Below are positions 1-10,021 of a stretch of DNA of 19,174 bases, piece by piece (within the stretch, counting starts at the first letter, position 1; each line of letters begins with the position of its first letter). Location of the stretch: positions 63,518,924 to 63,538,097 of the forward strand of contig NC_092349.1 in NCBI RefSeq assembly GCF_963676685.1, given 5' to 3'. The stretch is from Mytilus edulis. Taxonomy: Eukaryota. The notes below the pieces were generated by a model. That model saw only the letters and a list, made by a program, of their open reading frames with translations. It did no database searches and was not told the origin of the DNA. A program made the position numbers and the translations under genes.

Positions 1-411
1 TGGATGATACTTGTTGAGTTTATTCACATAAAATATATTTTGTTGGTTTTGTAGTTCCCCCTTTTTATATGAAGAATTTCAAAGCCAATGAAGACAGCTT
101 TTTTTTTTATTATGCATAACTAATTTTAATGATGCATTTTTGTAAAATTTATTTTTGTCCACATTTCCGAATGTACAAGACATTCTTTTTTTTTTTAATA
201 TCCCTTTTATTTTGATATGAAAAAAACAAACTCAATCATTTCGAAGGCAAATTGTTAGGAAGATTCTATGAAGAAAAATCCCCAAAATTAAAAATAGTTT
301 GGAAGTACAAAACCGACGAAAACAAACAGTAATCCCGAATTACTTGTTACAAAGAAAAAAGATAGTAAAACCAAACTATACAGCGTGATTACCAAAAATA
401 CAAACCCAACC

Positions 412-440
412 AAAAAAAAAAAAAAAAAAAAAAAAAAAAA
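412..440 (+). repeat. A29 homopolymer. It may be the poly(A) tail of a retroposed element in the A-rich stretch at about 300-411.
   Basis: There are 29 consecutive A residues after an A-rich sequence. Confidence 0.5.
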
Positions 441-781
441 CAATATTGCATGAACATTTAAAAGTGGCGGAAAATAAGAAACAGGTATTAATAAACATGC
501 AAGCGTTAGCTATAGGTACATATATCACATAATGGATATGTTCTCAGACGTCTTAACTGTTTATGCATGGTTAATTTTGACACAATTGATCATATCTTGA
601 GTTAACTTATCATTACTCTTTTACTTAATAGCTTTTGGTGTTTTCCATTCATATAAATATGTATTACTATAACATTATACTTAATCATGAGGTGTTTGTC
701 ATTTAGCTTTTGCCTTACTTAGCTTCTTATAACAACTTGAAAAACTGGGATAACATTTGAAATTTAATGTTGCTTATTTAA

Positions 782-1425
782 GGTGGTACACTACATATAG
801 ATTCCTCTGTAAAAATCAGCTGAAGGTTTAAATCACATTCTTTTGTTAAGGAAATATTAAAAGTTTCTCATTGATCAAAAGTAATGTTTTTGTCAAACCG
901 TTTATTGAGAGCGTCACTGACGAGTATTTTGTAGACGAAACGCGCGTCTGGCGTATATACTCAATTTAGTACTGGTATCTATGATGAGTTTATTTATATA
1001 TCAAATGATAAAGTTTGTGGTTCGCGTATTATTAGATTTTTTTTTATATTTTTGTCAAAATTTAATGAATTAATTTTAGCCAATGTGTTTGGTATCCTTT
1101 TAAACGTCCTTTGGATAAACTATTTAGTAGTTAATCAATTGTAAATATAGCAATACCACAGGGTTGTCCCTTTTCCCGTCTATTATACTTCATGTATAGT
1201 ATGGAATAGCTACATATAATCAATAGTAACAACATCTAAAAGGTAAACGGTATTTAAACCAGAATTCTTGATAACATTTGAAATAAAATTAATTTGTGCC
1301 GTTTAAATGAACATTTGTTTTTGTAATTTATATTTTTGTCAAAGGGTCAAAGTAAAATATTTCGTACAAATTTGAGGAAAATTAAACGAGGTAAATTGAT
1401 TTTACTTAAAGCATTTGGTACCACC
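782..1425. mobile_element. Composite non-autonomous element bounded by short inverted termini (ggtggtac / gtaccacc) and flanked by TTAA on both sides. It contains repeat module X, the hammerhead unit at 909-955 and repeat module Y.
   Basis: TTAA is at 778-781 and again at 1426-1429. The termini are ggtggtacac at 782 and ggtaccacc at 1417-1425. Modules X (about 800-900) and Y (about 1290-1425) recur contiguously at 8850-9115 without the hammerhead unit. Confidence 0.35.
909..955 (+). ncRNA. Type-I hammerhead ribozyme motif of the minimal Penelope-like-element/retrozyme kind, with a 2-bp helix III closed by a palindromic GCGC loop. The catalytic core is intact.
   Basis: Helix I 5' strand aGCGUCA is at 910-916. 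The core CUGAcGA is at 917-923, with a C at the variable position 7. Helix II is gua-uuuugua-gac at 924-936. GAAAC is at 937-941, the GCGC loop at 942-945, and the GUC cleavage triplet at 946-948. The predicted cut is after 948. Helix I 3' strand UGGCGU at 949-954 pairs with GCGUCA. Confidence 0.55.
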
Positions 1426-1559
1426 TTAATATGCTTCGTTTGCATGTAGTATACATTAATTTGTGTCTTGTAGACACTACAAGGAATATCTATCTTACAA
1501 ATATAAATTAACTGTTAACAAAACTTTGAATTTTTTAAATATAAAGACTTTTCTACCTC

Positions 1560-1760
1560 AGGAATAGATTTCCTTAGCTGCATTTGTCAAAACTTTTGGG
1601 AATTTTTGGTCCTCAATGCTCTTCAACTTCATACTTTATTTGGCCTTTTGAATATTTGTTTATTCGAGCGTCACTAATGAGTCTTTTGTAGACGAAACGC
1701 GCGTCTGGCGTAAATATAAAATTTTAATCCTGATATCTATGATGAGTTTATTTATCAACA
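1560..1760 (+). repeat. Hammerhead-bearing short interspersed repeat unit (retrozyme or PLE-terminus-like), full copy.
   Basis: It shares extended similarity with 880-1010 and 11100-11235. Examples are tcctcaatgctcttcaacttcat against tcctctatgctcgtcaactttcat, and the downstream atctatgatgagtttatttat. Confidence 0.45.
1666..1712 (+). ncRNA. Second hammerhead copy from the same repeat family. Helix II is better paired (GUC/GAC), but the core reads CUaAUGA, a G5 to A change that probably inactivates it.
   Basis: The sequence gagcgtcaCTAATGAgtcttttgtagacGAAACgcgcGTCtggcgta is almost identical to the 909-955 copy. The surrounding repeat, about 1560-1760, also occurs in degenerate form at about 11100-11235. 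Confidence 0.45.
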
Positions 1761-2737
1761 AGTTGTACAGCAATTTTAAAATATGTGGTGTTGAGCTATT
1801 CGGCGATACTGACAGTTTTTATACTGACAAATTAACAGTACATTTAAGCCAAGCCAGTGCTACTTTCATTTTCGAAGTAACACGTCTTCTGATGGCTGAA
1901 AGTGTTTTGTCTATCAGCTCATAGACATATATTTTTTACGTGACCGTTATGTCATGAACGTTTTTTTATGCTTTCTCCTTGAAAATGGACCTGAGAATTA
2001 ACTTATAAGGAATGATTGTATTGATATTTCTATCTGTTCAAAATAACCTAGAAAATGTGGTGTAAACTTTAAAATAACCCGCTTTACGAGTTATTCCGTG
2101 TACATCTCATTTTTTATGTTTTTTCTTCATAGACAAAAGATGTATTACGATTCTTAAATGGCACACATTCTGGAATCGGTGTCACATAATATATAACAAT
2201 CTATCAAATATTTGAAATATGGGGTCCATCAATTTTAGTTTATAGTGCATTTTCTGAATTTAATGACCGTCATTTTTGAGACGGGCATATAATATCTTAA
2301 ATCCATCCATTAACTATATATATATTATAGTAAAATAGCACATTTCCTGAAGTGGTAATACATTCAATCTAATTTAAAACACATATGGAAAGTCCAAAGA
2401 AATTCATGAAATAGCAACAGTTACGCATATTATGAGTCGTTATTAATTTTTTGGGGGGTAAAAGTACATTCCACAAAGCTATATAATGGTATTACAGAAA
2501 CATATCTATTCATACTAGTTTACTAAGGATGACCTGCGATGTAACATTTTACCTATACATTGAATTAAAAATATGTCCAACTGAAATGTTTTACCCTGAT
2601 TAACATTTTGACCAAAACAAAATGGTGCAGCTATACAGAAGCTTACGTTACAGCAAAGACATGTAATGCGCATGCAAACTGAAAACGATTGATTTTATTT
2701 TTTATATATGTTAGCCATTACAAAATAACTCTAAAAA

Positions 2738-2790
2738 TAAAAATAAAAAAACCAACAACAACAAAAACAAAAACAACAAAAAAAAACCCA
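2738..2790 (+). repeat. Imperfect (AAC/AAAAC/AACAAA)n microsatellite.
   Basis: The sequence is aaataaaaataaaaaaaccaacaacaacaaaaacaaaaacaacaaaaaaaaaccc. Confidence 0.8.
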
Positions 2791-3487
2791 GATATACGTA
2801 ATTGTTGTATTGTAAAGAATAAGCTCAATTTTCTGATAAAGTGCAAATTGAAAAACATTTGTATTGTACTTTAAATGATTTATTTTTGATAAATGCTTAA
2901 ACGAGCGTGTATATAATACTAAGCTTTTAAGCGTTACTATGCTCTTTGTTTCTTACTTTCTTACCACTTTTGTCTTTATGGTACTCCAGTCTGCTTGATA
3001 ACCAGTAACACTCCTTAGTGTAAACATACTTTAGATTTCTTAGACGCTTTATACTTCTTTCTGCTTTAGACGGCTGATGTACATATGTGTCGTCAAAGGC
3101 TCATAGGTTAAACGCTTACAATATGTAACGCTTTTAGAATGTCCATTTGCTTATTTGGCAATTGTCTGCAATAACTGTAAGTTCAGAAATGATTTCACGC
3201 GCACATTTATAATCGTGATTCTTGCTTAAAGAACACAAATTGGTTTTAATCAATCAAATTTTAGAAAATGCAGCATACAAAAATGCTGTCACACTTAAAT
3301 ATGTTTTTTCTTATTTTTGCGTTTTAATCAAATTACAGTATTCACAATAATAAACTCGACCGAAAGACGTTCTGAATTTGCAGTAGACAAATGATGGCAA
3401 CAGCTTTGCTTGAGTCATAGCTTCTTAACACAAGTAAATAAAAAATCGAAGGCACTTCCTGTACAAAAAAATGTGTACTTTTTACAG

Positions 3488-3643
3488 GAAGTTGTGTATT
3501 ACGTCCTGTAGAAGGGGATACAACAAAATACAAAGTTTATTTAACCTCATCACGTGCTTCCGGTGAATTTAGATGCGCTGATGGAACACATTTTAATCAG
3601 GAAAAATGTTTATGTGATTGGCCACCAAGAAATAATAATTCAG
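3488..3643 (+). CDS. Internal coding exon, first resolved exon of the partial + strand gene. It encodes a cysteine-rich repeat: (G/R)SCVLRPVEGDTTKYKVYLTSSRASGEFRCADGTHFNQEKCLCDWPPRNNNS. This resembles the C-terminal half of a chitin-binding type-2 (peritrophin-A) domain.
   Basis: The acceptor is tgtactttttacAG at 3486-3487 and the donor is CAG|gtgata at 3644. Only one frame is open, starting at 3490 with two leading nucleotides. The motif C-x-x-G-x-x-F-N-x(3)-C-x-C-D-W-P matches the conserved CPxGLxFDx5CDWP end of ChtBD2 domains. The exon ends with one extra nucleotide, which is phase-compatible with the exon at 4174. Confidence 0.6.
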
Positions 3644-4173
3644 GTGATATATTATATTAACTATTAGAATAAGCGCCAAAAAATGAAAAAAATCTTGACC
3701 TAAATTTTATGTTCATCACCATCGTGATCGGATTTGTACATGGAAGAAATAAAGCAGCTGATATCATTTTATATCATAGAAATGGGAGCGAAATTAAAAA
3801 AAATCATCGTACGAAAATTTTAAGTTTTACCACCATCCGACGTGATCGGATATATAGGTTCAAATAAGATTGTCTCTTCGAAACTTACTTCAATCTTTCT
3901 ACTCTTCCTCCTCAATTGCTTGTTTTCCTTCTCTTTAATATTGATCTCTCCTGCTTTGTGCTTCTTTCGCCAACATTTAAAAAATATGAAACGTATGACT
4001 GAAAAGGGAACGTTAATATTGCTTAACAAAACATATTGGTTTATATAAGTATTAGGAATCTTGCTTTGAAGATATTTCACTACAATAAAGACAAACTACG
4101 TTTAACACCAACTTAAAATAAAGGTTTGCCCGAAATTGGTATGTGAACTGTCTTATTTATCTTTGAGCTACAG

Positions 4174-4314
4174 CTACTTTTCCAACAAGACCTAGACCAA
4201 CTACTGAACCTATCAATAGACCAGGAAATGGCAATACAAGACCGTTGGACCCAATAAGGCTTCCTGGAGAACAGAGACCTGGATTTAGACCATTTGAATC
4301 TACAACTAGAGGTC
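4174..4314 (+). CDS. Internal exon encoding a Pro/Thr/Arg-rich low-complexity linker: (A)TFPTRPRPTTEPINRPGNGNTRPLDPIRLPGEQRPGFRPFESTTRG.
   Basis: The acceptor is ctttgagctacAG at 4172-4173. A consensus donor GTAAGT lies at 4315-4320, with an alternative AG|GTCGTA at 4312. Only one of the three + frames is open. The entry and exit phases match the neighbouring exons. A - strand ORF 4113..4343 overlaps it but has no splice or domain support. Confidence 0.55.
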
Positions 4315-4384
4315 GTAAGTAACTGTTTAATAGCTATCCCCACTGTTTAATTCTTATACAGGTAACAGTAGCATCACGTTTTAA

Positions 4385-4591
4385 GGGGTAGACCTTGGTT
4401 CAGGGAGATGACTCTTAAAATCAGTTAAGCGTTTGTAAAAGTCAAGTTCATCAATGTATTTTAAGCATTTACCTGAAACAGATTGAAAATAATTTATGTA
4501 ACCTAGAAGCTTAGAATATATTTTTGAAAATGGTTGACACAAACGTACTGATGGTTTTAAGAGTTATTTCCCTTAACCTAGGTCTACCTCC
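4385..4591. mobile_element. MITE-like element of 207 bp with terminal inverted repeats of about 40 bp and TTAA on both flanks.
   Basis: The left end is ggggtagaccttggttcagggagatgactcttaaaatcag. The reverse complement of the right end is ggaggtagacctaggttaagggaaataactcttaaaaccatcag, about 85% identical. TTAA is at 4381-4384 and 4592-4595. There is no coding capacity. It sits in the intron between the exons at 4314 and 5977. Confidence 0.5.
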
Positions 4592-5689
4592 TTAAATTAC
4601 TGTAATTGAGAGAAGTTTACCAGTGGTTGATTGCACTTTAATTCATTTCCGTAAGTTTAATTGATAATCTTTGGGTAAAAAAAGGTAAAATGCCAAGAAG
4701 AATGATTGCAACTAACTTCATGTGCCTTTGGTATTTTCTGCCACTCATTTAGACTTCTTATAAACCTGTCTAGCAAAAACAAACCAACTAATTTTATTTA
4801 TCAATTTTGACTCCCATTAGGAAAAAGTTTACACAAGATTAAGATGATTTTGTTGATAATAATGTAAAGGGGAGAAAAACAGTAATCAAAACATAAAAAG
4901 GGAGATAACAACCCCAGTGTTTTCCCAAAAACAATAAGTGAAAAGAAAATACATTGATTAATTATGTCTGATTGCGGTTTTGTTGGCATTTACCTCACAC
5001 ATTTTCTGTGAAAAAAAAGAGAACACGGAGGTAAACAATGTGTTTCCTGCATTAACGAACGAGATAGAAAATAAAAGTACACACACTAGAATTTTGAAAA
5101 TACTTATAAAGCTATATAAAAGCGAAAATTTGTAACCCAAACCTTATTTTATGATAACTGTTATATGGAAAATGCGGAGAAGTAAGCAAGCTAACACATA
5201 ACTAGATACTTTTAAAAAACATGTGTCTCTTCTGTGTGCATTTCCAAAACTGAACACTGAAATAAAAAAATTACTAAGATATCCTCTTAACTGATCTTTT
5301 ATTGTAGATAATTTTTTATATGTCATGTTTCTCTTTATTATAACATTTGCCAAAATACAAATTTTGTCGATGTCTTATTACTGGTCATTTTTGCAGTTTA
5401 TAGTCATTCTTTTTCTAGTGTAGAATTTACAAAATAAACGAAAAAATAAGGATCGCCATCATAAAAGGAAAAACAACCTTTATAAGAAGTAGACTGACAG
5501 TATCGTCCATAAAATATATTTGCTGATCTTGTCCTACTACTTATTTTCACAGCATGTAATTTTACTTTATTTTCCATAGTTTTGGCTAAAATGAAAAATA
5601 ACAGGCTCTAAAGAATCCAAGTCGCTCAACTTTATTGATTTGCATCTGCAGCGGAGTTGTTTTTATATTTAGTTTACTCTATTTACTAT

Positions 5690-5880
5690 TTAATGCCGAT
5701 CACTTACTCATCCATAAAAGGGGGACGAAAGATACCAGAGGGACAGTCAAATTCCTAAATCGAAAATACACTGACAACGCCATGGCTAAAAATGAAAAGG
5801 ACAAACAGACAAACAATAGTACACATGACACAACATAGAAAACTAAAGAATAAACAACACGAACCCCACCAAAAACATAA
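5690..5880 (+). repeat. SINE-like interspersed repeat (ggggacgaaagataccagagggacagtcaaa...gacaaacagacaaacaatagtacacatgaca...), copy 1.
   Basis: It is closely related to 18712-18840 and partly to 9700-9760. Track ORF 5635..5838 lies inside it and is therefore not credible as a gene. Confidence 0.5.
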
Positions 5881-5976
5881 CCGTTTCGCCAAACTAAATA
5901 TAAAATTTTTAAAACAAAAAAATATTTAGCTTACTATAGTATTTTGTCTTGAGAATAAACTGAAGTTTCCTTTCAG

Positions 5977-6123
5977 CTTGTTTAACGTCACCAGACGCCG
6001 ACAGAAATTATTTCTCCCAATATATCCATGGATATGGAACAGTAAGACGACGTTGTCCAATTGGTACCCTTTACAATGACAGAGAATGTGGCTGTATTGA
6101 TTTAGCACCTGTAACAAGTATTT
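5977..6123 (+). CDS. Internal exon encoding the second cysteine-rich (ChtBD2-like) repeat: (P)CLTSPDADRNYFSQYIHGYGTVRRRCPIGTLYNDRECGCIDLAPVTSI.
   Basis: The acceptor is tttcctttcAG at 5975-5976 and the donor is T|GTAAGT at 6124. The repeat architecture is the same as in the exon at 3488: C-x24-26-C-x10-C-x-C with a conserved central Tyr. CPIGTLYNDRECGC aligns with CADGTHFNQEKCLC. The exon ends in phase 1, and the closing Cys (YC) is supplied by the next exon. Confidence 0.6.
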
Positions 6124-6738
6124 GTAAGTATTGATGAGTTGTAATACATATAAATGAACTATATGATCAACCTAGAGAACGGCTAAATGTTATTGATAAT
6201 TTGACTCGGTGAATTCGGATGACGGATGATACATACAAAGCAGGATGAGACGAGATACTTATCGTTTCAGCGCACCCGGTAGCGCTTCTTATGAAGTTTA
6301 TTTAATTTATATAATTTTGTTTGTAAGCCTAGGTGTATCGATACGAGATTTGAACTTCAGTTAAATACTGTTGGCTTAATTTTTCCAGAGCATTTCCTTG
6401 TATTGATGCCGCCATTTGGCTCTATGACAGGTGTTATCACTGAAGAGAACTCACTTGCTGTTTGTTATCATTATTATTATATCGACATTGAATCAGTAAT
6501 GCTCTGTTTTAATTTTTGCCAAAATAATGATGATATCCCGATGTATGTTTAAAAGCAAGTTGCATATGTCTGATATTGTTGTGTTGTAATATAATATAGA
6601 GATATGAATAAAAGGAGATGAGGCGTTTATTGAATGAGACATCATCAACCTAAAATAAATAGAACCAAAAAGACATATAGAAGTCACAGCGTAGACCTTG
6701 GCATATTGTATAGACATATCTTTTTGTAAACACGTTTT

Positions 6739-6958
6739 GTTGACCTCTAAAAGCGTCAGCTTATGTTGACCTCTAAAAGTGTCAGCTTATGTTGACCTCT
6801 AAAAGTGTCAGCTTATGTTGACCTCTAAAAATGTCAGCTTATGTTGACCTCTAAAAGTGTCAGCGTCAGCTTATGTTGACCTCTAAATGTGTCAGGTTAT
6901 GTTGACCTCTAAAAGTGTCAGCTTATGTTGACCTCTAAAAGAGTCAGCTTATGTTGAC
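6739..6958. repeat. Minisatellite with a 26-bp unit, gttgacctctaaaagtgtcagcttat, in about 8.5 tandem copies. It includes one 6-bp internal duplication and a few point variants.
   Basis: The tandem periodicity is directly visible. The array is intronic and ends about 90 bp upstream of the acceptor of the exon at 7049. Confidence 0.9.
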
Positions 6959-7048
6959 ATCGAGTTTCATTGACGTATTCCCACATCTCATTTAATAATT
7001 TTATATTTTGTTTGGTTTGAAATTCTTAAATCAGTTCTTCAATTTCAG

Positions 7049-7407
7049 ATTGCAGACCAGAAATATATTTAGACTTTGATAGTAAACCAATTATAGATAA
7101 TGGGGGCACAAACATTCCCATTGGTAATAATGGTCACGTGGATTCTGTTGCTAACGCCGGTAGATTTAACGGTATCGGACAGTTAACAATATGGATGTAT
7201 TCAAACATTGACTTTGGACAAAAATTGACAATAAGTTTGCGTTTCTACGATTTCCCAGGAGGCCCGGATGAACAAGTATTAGTTTCTAATTGTATGGATA
7301 ATGAATTAGGTGCTGTTGAAATTGCATTAGCGCCAAGAAATAAAGAAGTTATTTTTAGAGCAGATACAGTTGCTAGTGGACCTGCAGAAATCCGATTACC
7401 ATATAAG
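7049..7407 (+). CDS. Large internal exon starting (Y)CRPEIYLDFDSK... and running to ...AEIRLPYK. It encodes the N-terminal two thirds of a LamG/ConA-like jelly-roll domain.
   Basis: The acceptor is tcttcaatttcAG at 7047-7048 and the donor is AAG|GTAAGC at 7408. The frame matches track ORF 7138..7497, which carries on into the intron after the donor. The exon starts with two nucleotides that complete the TAT (Tyr) codon begun by the previous exon. The alternating hydrophobic beta-strand pattern (LTIWMYSNIDF, LTISLRFY, VEIALAP, VIFRADT) is typical of a ConA-like fold. Confidence 0.65.
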
Positions 7408-8849
7408 GTAAGCAAGCAACAAGAAGTTAGGGTCTACATATATTGGCAACTATTTTTAACATTCAGTGAAAGTTGCCATTTATGGGATTCTAGGTAATAA
7501 CAGAGGCAAATGTCAGGTTTGTTTTATGAAAATAATCTGAATAAGTGATCACACTAGAATTATGTAAAATAGCCTTAAAAGATGAAGGTTGCTTTTACTC
7601 AAATTTTAAATTAGAACGTTTATATATATTTATATTCATCATTATGCAAACTATTATAATAAAAAACGTAACCGAAATTAAAAAAAAAATGAATAAAGAC
7701 CTTGAACATACAAGCAGACAGCCCTATCACCATATCAATGTCAAACAGTGCGAAATTGCGAGCACACCTGTTGTTAGCAATGTGTCCTCAGAAAATTTCC
7801 CAAAAGTAGTTTTCGTCGGATTGACATGTATAGTGTTTTGCTATTTGATTGGGGACTTTCCGTTTTAAATTTTTCTCAGAGCTCAGTATTTTTGTGATTT
7901 TACTTTTTATATGTTGAGAGTGTTTGTTCTCATGTTCCTGACATTTCCCACAACACATACTCAAACCCTAATTTTAGTAAAGCCTTTGTTTTAAGTCATT
8001 ACCCTCCTAAATTTACAAGTTGTCGCATTTAAAACCTTAACCTTCTGACAATTACTAACATTTTCTTGTCAAATGTGTGCACTTCTGAAGCCTTTTTTTG
8101 TTAGGAAAAATGTAGTATTTTCCGAACAAATAGTTGAATAGGTTGTTTGATGTTTTTGTTGTTGTTTATACGAAGTCTATAGCTGTATTGTTTATATAGG
8201 GGTTTAAATTGAAATTTATAGAATAATAACATATGTTTTGTTGTTTTTTACGTAAATAACTTCTTGTTTATATGATAAGCCTGCATTGCTTTGTAAGTCA
8301 TAAACAATGTACGATAACTATTGCTTTAGTCATGTTGGTATCAATCATTTGTGGGTTTTTATATGTAACGTTCAGAGGAATCATTCATGGTCCGGTTTTC
8401 GTAGTTTTAATGACTGTCACCACCAAAACCGCTTTAACGTATTTAAATCAACACGAAATAAGAGCAATCATGAATTCTTCCCACGGTGTTATAATCGTAT
8501 CACTTGTATTTCTATTTGAATGATGTTATTTTAAATTTGTGATTTTACTGACTACCTCGGTAGCCAAAATTTAATTTCTGTCGCTTTTTAAGTTAACATT
8601 GTTTAACATTCTCAAAATAAGTCTACCCTGTTAATTTGTTTTGTTATCTTATAGATAATAAACCGTATGTGTTAAACTTGAAGTAAATTTTATTTGTAAA
8701 TTGCTTTATTTTTATTTCAGTCTCATGGCCTATGAAACGTTTAAAAAAAGTATAACAATAATTCTAAACTCTTATGTAAATTCACAAAGAGGAAGTCCAT
8801 AACAATTTACAAAATCAAACATTATTTATCAATTTAACAAGTGAAAACA

Positions 8850-9115
8850 ACTACAGGGAGATTACTCTGTAAAATCAGCTAAACTTTTTAATTACACTGT
8901 GTTGTAACGGAATATTAAGCTTCCCAATGATCAAAATTAGTATTTGTCAAACTGCTATATAACCAGTGTAATTTTTCTGATGAAATATTTGGTTCCAATT
9001 TTTTGAAATTTTTATATTTTTGTCAAAGGGTCAAAGTAAATACTTTGTCAAAATTTTAAGAAAATTAAACGAGCCAAATTAATTTTAGTTTAAGTGTTAG
9101 GTACCGCCTTAAATT
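8850..9115 (+). repeat. Second copy of repeat modules X and Y, contiguous here, ending ggtaccgccTTAA.
   Basis: ctctgtaaaatcagct...atgatcaaaa...tttgtcaaac aligns with 805-900. atatttttgtcaaagggtcaaagtaaa...gaaaattaaacgag...ggtaccgccttaa aligns with 1318-1429. Confidence 0.45.
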
Positions 9116-9699
9116 AAATAACTGTTTTTGTGATAAATGTCGTGCAGTTGAAGCATTGTTCTTGGTTACCCTTCACCAGAAACACTCAAACCAATACAAT
9201 GAAAGCCAGATATATATAAGTACTTCAAAACTTATTGAACTTGTAATGGCAAAAAAAAAGAAAGAAGATATTAAGTATGTACTTAGGTGAGGTTTTGGAA
9301 TTCGTGTAAAATTTTCGGACACCTTGGTTTTTTTCCATACAAAACAAGGTAAAATAGTTTGCCCCATAACACCTATTTATTTTTTCATATAAGACTAAAT
9401 AGCTCATGAAAGGTCATTTACCAAAATTTTAGAAGATTCTTAATTTTCTTTCATTTGTTTTGGGACCCAAATGATACCAATGCAAACATAAGGTAAAAGT
9501 CCGAGTCAGCCTTTTCCCGCCATATTTTAAATCTCAAATATCTCGAAAAGGAATTCCATGACCTATCAACATTTTTAGCTTATTTTGATCCTTGAAGAAT
9601 GCCCTACAAGCTAACAGTATCAATTTTAGATTCTTGATTTACTAATTTTCACCTAACCACACCTAATTCCTTAAGGTAGAAAAAAACTACACCATGGTC

Positions 9700-9760
9700 A
9701 AATGAAAAAGACAGACAAACAGACAATACTACACAGACGATTAAATTTGAGCTTCACTAT
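9700..9760 (+). repeat. Partial copy, 3' portion, of the same SINE-like family.
   Basis: catggtcaaatgaaaaagacagacaaacagacaatactacacagacg aligns with gccatggctaaaaatgaaaaggacaaacagacaaacaatagtacacatgac. Confidence 0.4.
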
Positions 9761-10021
9761 ACTCACAAAAACTCGGTGATTAACTCATCTGAACCCAAAG
9801 AGAAATGAATTCCGGTTTAACTAGCGATACTGGTTTGTAATTAACGGCAAGTTCACGTCTAAGTAAAATTTGCTCTCAACATATTATTCTTTGATACATA
9901 CATTATTTAGCCTTACAATACATGTAGATCAGACATCCATGAATCAAATGGTATAGTTTACACAAAAATGTTTGAAGCTAAATACAATTAATTATTGTTT
10001 TTTTTTTTTTTATGTAAACAG

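Noticed and set aside
1739-1924. A + strand ORF of 61 aa.
   Set aside because: It begins inside the hammerhead repeat unit (atctatgatgagtttattt is repeat sequence). Its coding potential is not conserved in the other repeat copy at 990-1010.
3138-3176. A possible upstream exon, cttttAG|AATGTCC...AACT|GTAAGT, with good splice consensus.
   Set aside because: The only frame that would leave the phase-1 end needed to join the exon at 3488 produces a TGA at the junction. The open frame ends in phase 0, which is incompatible. I did not call it.
4113-4343. A - strand ORF of 76 aa overlapping the proline-rich exon.
   Set aside because: It is the antisense of a + strand exon that has consensus splice sites and phase continuity with the neighbouring exons. 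The - strand product is Ser/Trp/Cys-rich low complexity with no splice support.
6739-6958. A regular 26-bp tandem array that could look like a CRISPR array at first glance.
   Set aside because: The units are directly contiguous with no intervening spacers, the repeat is not palindromic, and the context is a eukaryotic intron. It is a minisatellite.
7545-7868. A + strand ORF of 107 aa immediately after the LamG exon.
   Set aside because: It lies after a strong GTAAGC donor, in intronic AT-rich sequence. It has low-complexity Ile/Lys-rich composition, no domain features and no phase relation to the flanking exons.
8272-8523. Two overlapping + strand ORFs of 83 and 70 aa.
   Set aside because: Both are short, AT-rich, in different frames over the same DNA, and have no splice or motif support. 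They are intronic chance ORFs.
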